Notes under the pieces: generated by a model
What the model saw: the letters and a program-made list of their open reading frames with translations, nothing else
Told to the model about the DNA's origin: nothing
Databases searched by the model: none
Part shown: positions 61,243 to 64,000 of the stretch, in pieces
Layout of the letters: each line of letters begins with the position of its first letter
Position numbering within the stretch: position 1 is the stretch's first letter
Assembly: GCA_013239625.1 (NCBI GenBank)
Contig: MU053934.1
Span: forward strand, 9,197,352-9,261,351
DNA: 64,000 bases
Origin: Lama guanicoe
Lineage: Eukaryota
Direction: 5' to 3'
Made by a program: the position numbers and the translations under genes

Positions 61243-63420
61243 TTTTTTTACAGCTTGACATTTAGTTTTTTTTCTTAAACATTTTTTATTGATTTATAAT
61301 CATTTTACAATGTTGTGTCAAATTCCAGTGTTCAGCACAATTTTTCAGTCATACATGGGCATATGCACACTCATCGTCACGTTTTTTTCTCTGTGAGCTA
61401 CCGTAACGTTTTGTGTGTATTTCCCTGTGCTATGCGGTATCTTGTTTATCTATTCTACAATTTTGAAATCCCAGTCTATCCCTTCCCACCCTCCGCCCCC
61501 CTGGCAAACACAAGTCTGTATTCTATGTCTATGAGTCTATTTCTGTCCTGTATTTACGCTTTGTTTTTTTTGTTTGTTTGTTTTTGTTTTTGTTTTTTAG
61601 ATTCCACATATGAGCAATCTCATATGGTATTTTTCTTTCTCTTTCTGGCTTACTTCACTTAGAATGACATTCTCTAGAAGCATCCATGTTGCTGCAAATG
61701 GCGTTATGTTGTCAGTTTTTATGGCTGAATAGTGTTCCACTGTATAAATATACTACATCTTCTTTATCCATTTACCTGTTGATGGACATTTAGGCTGTTT
61801 CCATGTTTTGGCTATTGTAAATAATATTGCTGTGAACATTGGGGTGCAGGTGTCATCCTGAAGTAGGGTTCCTTCGGGATATAAGCCCAAGTGTGGGATT
61901 CCTGGGTCACATGGTAAGTCTATTCCTAGTCTTCTGAGGAATCTCCACACTGTTTTCCACAGTGGCTGCACCAAACTGCATTCCCACCAGCAGTGTAGGA
62001 GGGTTCCCCTTTCTGCACAGCCTCTCCAGCATTTGTCATTTGTGGATTTTTGAATGACGGCCATTCTGACTGGCGTGAGGTGATACCTCATTGTAGTTTT
62101 GATTTGCATTTCTCTGATAATTAGTGATACTGAGCATTTTTTCATGTGCCTTTTGATCATTTGTATGTCTTCCTTGGAGAATTGCTTGTTTAGGTCTTCT
62201 GCCCATTTTTGGATTGGGTTGTTTATTTTTTTCTTATTGAGTTGTATGAGCTGCTTATATATTCTGGAGATCAAGCCTTTGTCGGTTTCATTTGCAAAAA
62301 TTTTCTCCCATTCTGTAGGTTGTCTTTTTGTTTTACTTATGGTTTCCTTTGCTGTGCAGAAGCTCGTAAGTTTCATTAGGTCCCATTTGTTTATTCTTGC
62401 TTTTATTTCTTCTAGGAGAAAATTTTTGAGATGTATGTCAGATAATGTTTTGCCTGTGTTTTCCTCTAGGAGGTTTATTGTATCTTGTCTTATGCTTAAA
62501 TCTTTGATCCATTTTAAGTTGATTTTTGTATATGGTATAAGGGAGTGTTCTAGCTTCATTGATTTACATGCTGCTGTCCAGTTTTCCCAACACCATTTGC
62601 TGAAGAGACTGTCTTTATTCCATTGTATATTCTTGCCTCCTTTGTCGAAGATGAGTTGACCAAAAGTTTGTGGGTTCATTTCTGGGCTCTCTATTCTGTT
62701 CCATTGGTCTATATGTCTGTTTTGGTACCAATACCATGCTGTCTTGATGACTGTAGCTCTATAGTATTGTCTGAAGTCTGGGAGAGTTATTCCTCCAGCC
62801 TCTTTCTTTCTCTTCAGTAATGCTTTGGCAATTCTAGGCCTTTGATGGTTCCATATAAATTTTATTATGATTTGTTCTAGTTCTGTGAAATATGTCCTGG
62901 GTAATTGGATAGGGATTGCATTAAATCTGTAGATCGCCTTGGGCAGTGTGACCATTTTAACAATATTGATTCTTCCAATCCAAGAGCATGGGATATCTTT
63001 CCATTTTTTAAAGTCTTCTTTAATTTCCTTCATCAATGGTTTGTAGTTTTCTGTGTATAATTCTTTCACCTCCTTGGTTAGATTTATTCCCAGATATTTT
63101 ATTACTTTGGGTGCTGTTTTAAAGGGGATTGTTTCTTTACTTTCTTTTTCTGTTGATTCATCATTAGTGTAAAGAAATGCAACTGATTTTTGAATGTTAA
63201 TTTGGTAACCTGCTACCTTGCTGAGTTCTTCAATCAGCTCTAGTAGTTTTTGTGTGGACCTTTTAGGGTTTTCTATGTATAGTAACATGTTGTCAGCATA
63301 TAGTGACACTTTTACCACTTCTTTTCCAATTTGGATCCCTTTTATTTCTCTCTCTTGCCTGATTGCTGTGGCTAGGACTTCTAGGACTATGTTGAATAGG
63401 AGTGGTGATAGTGGGCATCA
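61243..63420 (-). mobile_element. Young 5'-truncated LINE-1 (about 2.2 kb) with TSD
   Basis: ORF2 remnant, 3' UTR and poly-A; TSD ttaaattctt (61233-61242 / 63421-63430); insertion site reads TT/AAGA on the element strand. Confidence 0.95.
61753..63417 (-). pseudogene. L1 ORF2 remnant (RT C-terminal half and CCHC zinc knuckle), inactive
   Basis: Frame starts at [16 protein letters not shown], passes LYADNMLLY (YADD motif altered to YADN) and CWRGC-x7-H-x4-C; TAG replaces Trp after IKKM; endonuclease and N-terminal RT missing. Confidence 0.93.
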
Positions 63421-64000
63421 TTAAATTCTTAATATGCTTTTGGATCCCTTTCTGGCTTTGTGACTTTTTGCAGAGGAAACCAGTAAGATATTAACAACTG
63501 CTAAAGAATTCAAAGAGCCACATGTTTATATGCGATAAAGGAATGCTGAAATGAACTTACAGAGAGGTGCAAAAACTGGTCTATGCACAAGGCAATAGTT
63601 AATTGCATGCCAGACAGACAGAAGTAACCCGCATTTCTGCAGACAAGAATCATTTGTATTGGTATCTGTTTTCCACAGCTTATGAGCATTAAATGATAAG
63701 GTTAACCCAGACCAGTGATCCAGACAGTAGGCTCGTCTTTGTTTTCCTTTTACCCACTTCAGAATCTTGTCCCTTTAATTTGCCTGCATCTTTTCCCCCT
63801 GGTGCCTGACTTAGTGAATATACTTTTACAGTACTTACAAATAGTGGAAGGGCATCTCACTTATTCCTCTTTATTTTTTAAGAGAATATTTTTTTCCTGC
63901 CTGTTATTTCATTATTAGTTTCCAGATGCTGATTAGAAACACTTTATTAGTAAAAGCATTCTAGTGATGAAAATTGGAGACGTGTTAGGTGGGGATAGAT

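Larger units (their letters stand above)
1..64000 (+). other. ATXN10: Gene body of ataxin-10 (part of intron 1 through part of intron 7)
   Basis: Six exons in the correct order and phase encode a peptide I recognise as ataxin-10. No exon 1 (MAAPR...) or exon 8 (EALATIRLL...) was found in the window. Introns 2-6 are 5485, 8116, 2176, 10803 and 10023 nt. Confidence 0.97.

Noticed and set aside
1..64000. Novel multi-gene system or nested protein-coding genes among the many 60-200 aa ORFs
   Set aside because: The ORFs overlap in several frames, often start at GTG/TTG, fall in GC-rich or repeat-derived intronic DNA and show no recognisable domains apart from ATXN10 exons and L1/L2 remnants.
56588..64000. 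ATXN10 exon 8 and the SCA10 (ATTCT)n repeat
   Set aside because: No EALATIRLLDVL-like peptide and no ATTCT array; the acceptor-like tttttgcag near 63473 does not continue the ataxin-10 sequence.

Overview
Mammalian (eutherian) genomic DNA, not prokaryotic. The whole 64 kb lies inside the ataxin-10 gene (ATXN10) on the + strand. Six coding exons (exons 2-7 by human numbering; 192, 83, 97, 159, 81 and 166 nt; all AG/GT flanked; 778 nt in one continuous frame) can be placed to the base. Exon 1, exon 8 onward and the SCA10 ATTCT repeat (intron 9) are outside the window. Five short tRNA-derived SINEs resembling camelid Vic-1, with no Alu or ruminant Bov-A/Bov-tA elements seen, suggest a camelid (alpaca/llama/camel). 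The introns are a layered record of transposons: young L1s with target-site duplications (one 5'-inverted, one with a short apparent 3' transduction and a 521-aa ORF2 remnant), old L1M/L2/MIR, a full LTR-int-LTR MLT1 element with a nested MER21-like LTR, solo LTRs, hAT and Tigger MITEs, and two GC-rich minisatellites. I find no new multi-gene system. The most unusual object is an 83-bp TTAA-flanked element with terminal inverted repeats at 5725-5807 that looks like a piggyBac-type MITE. Repeat family names are from recalled consensus features, not database searches, and boundaries of old repeats are approximate.
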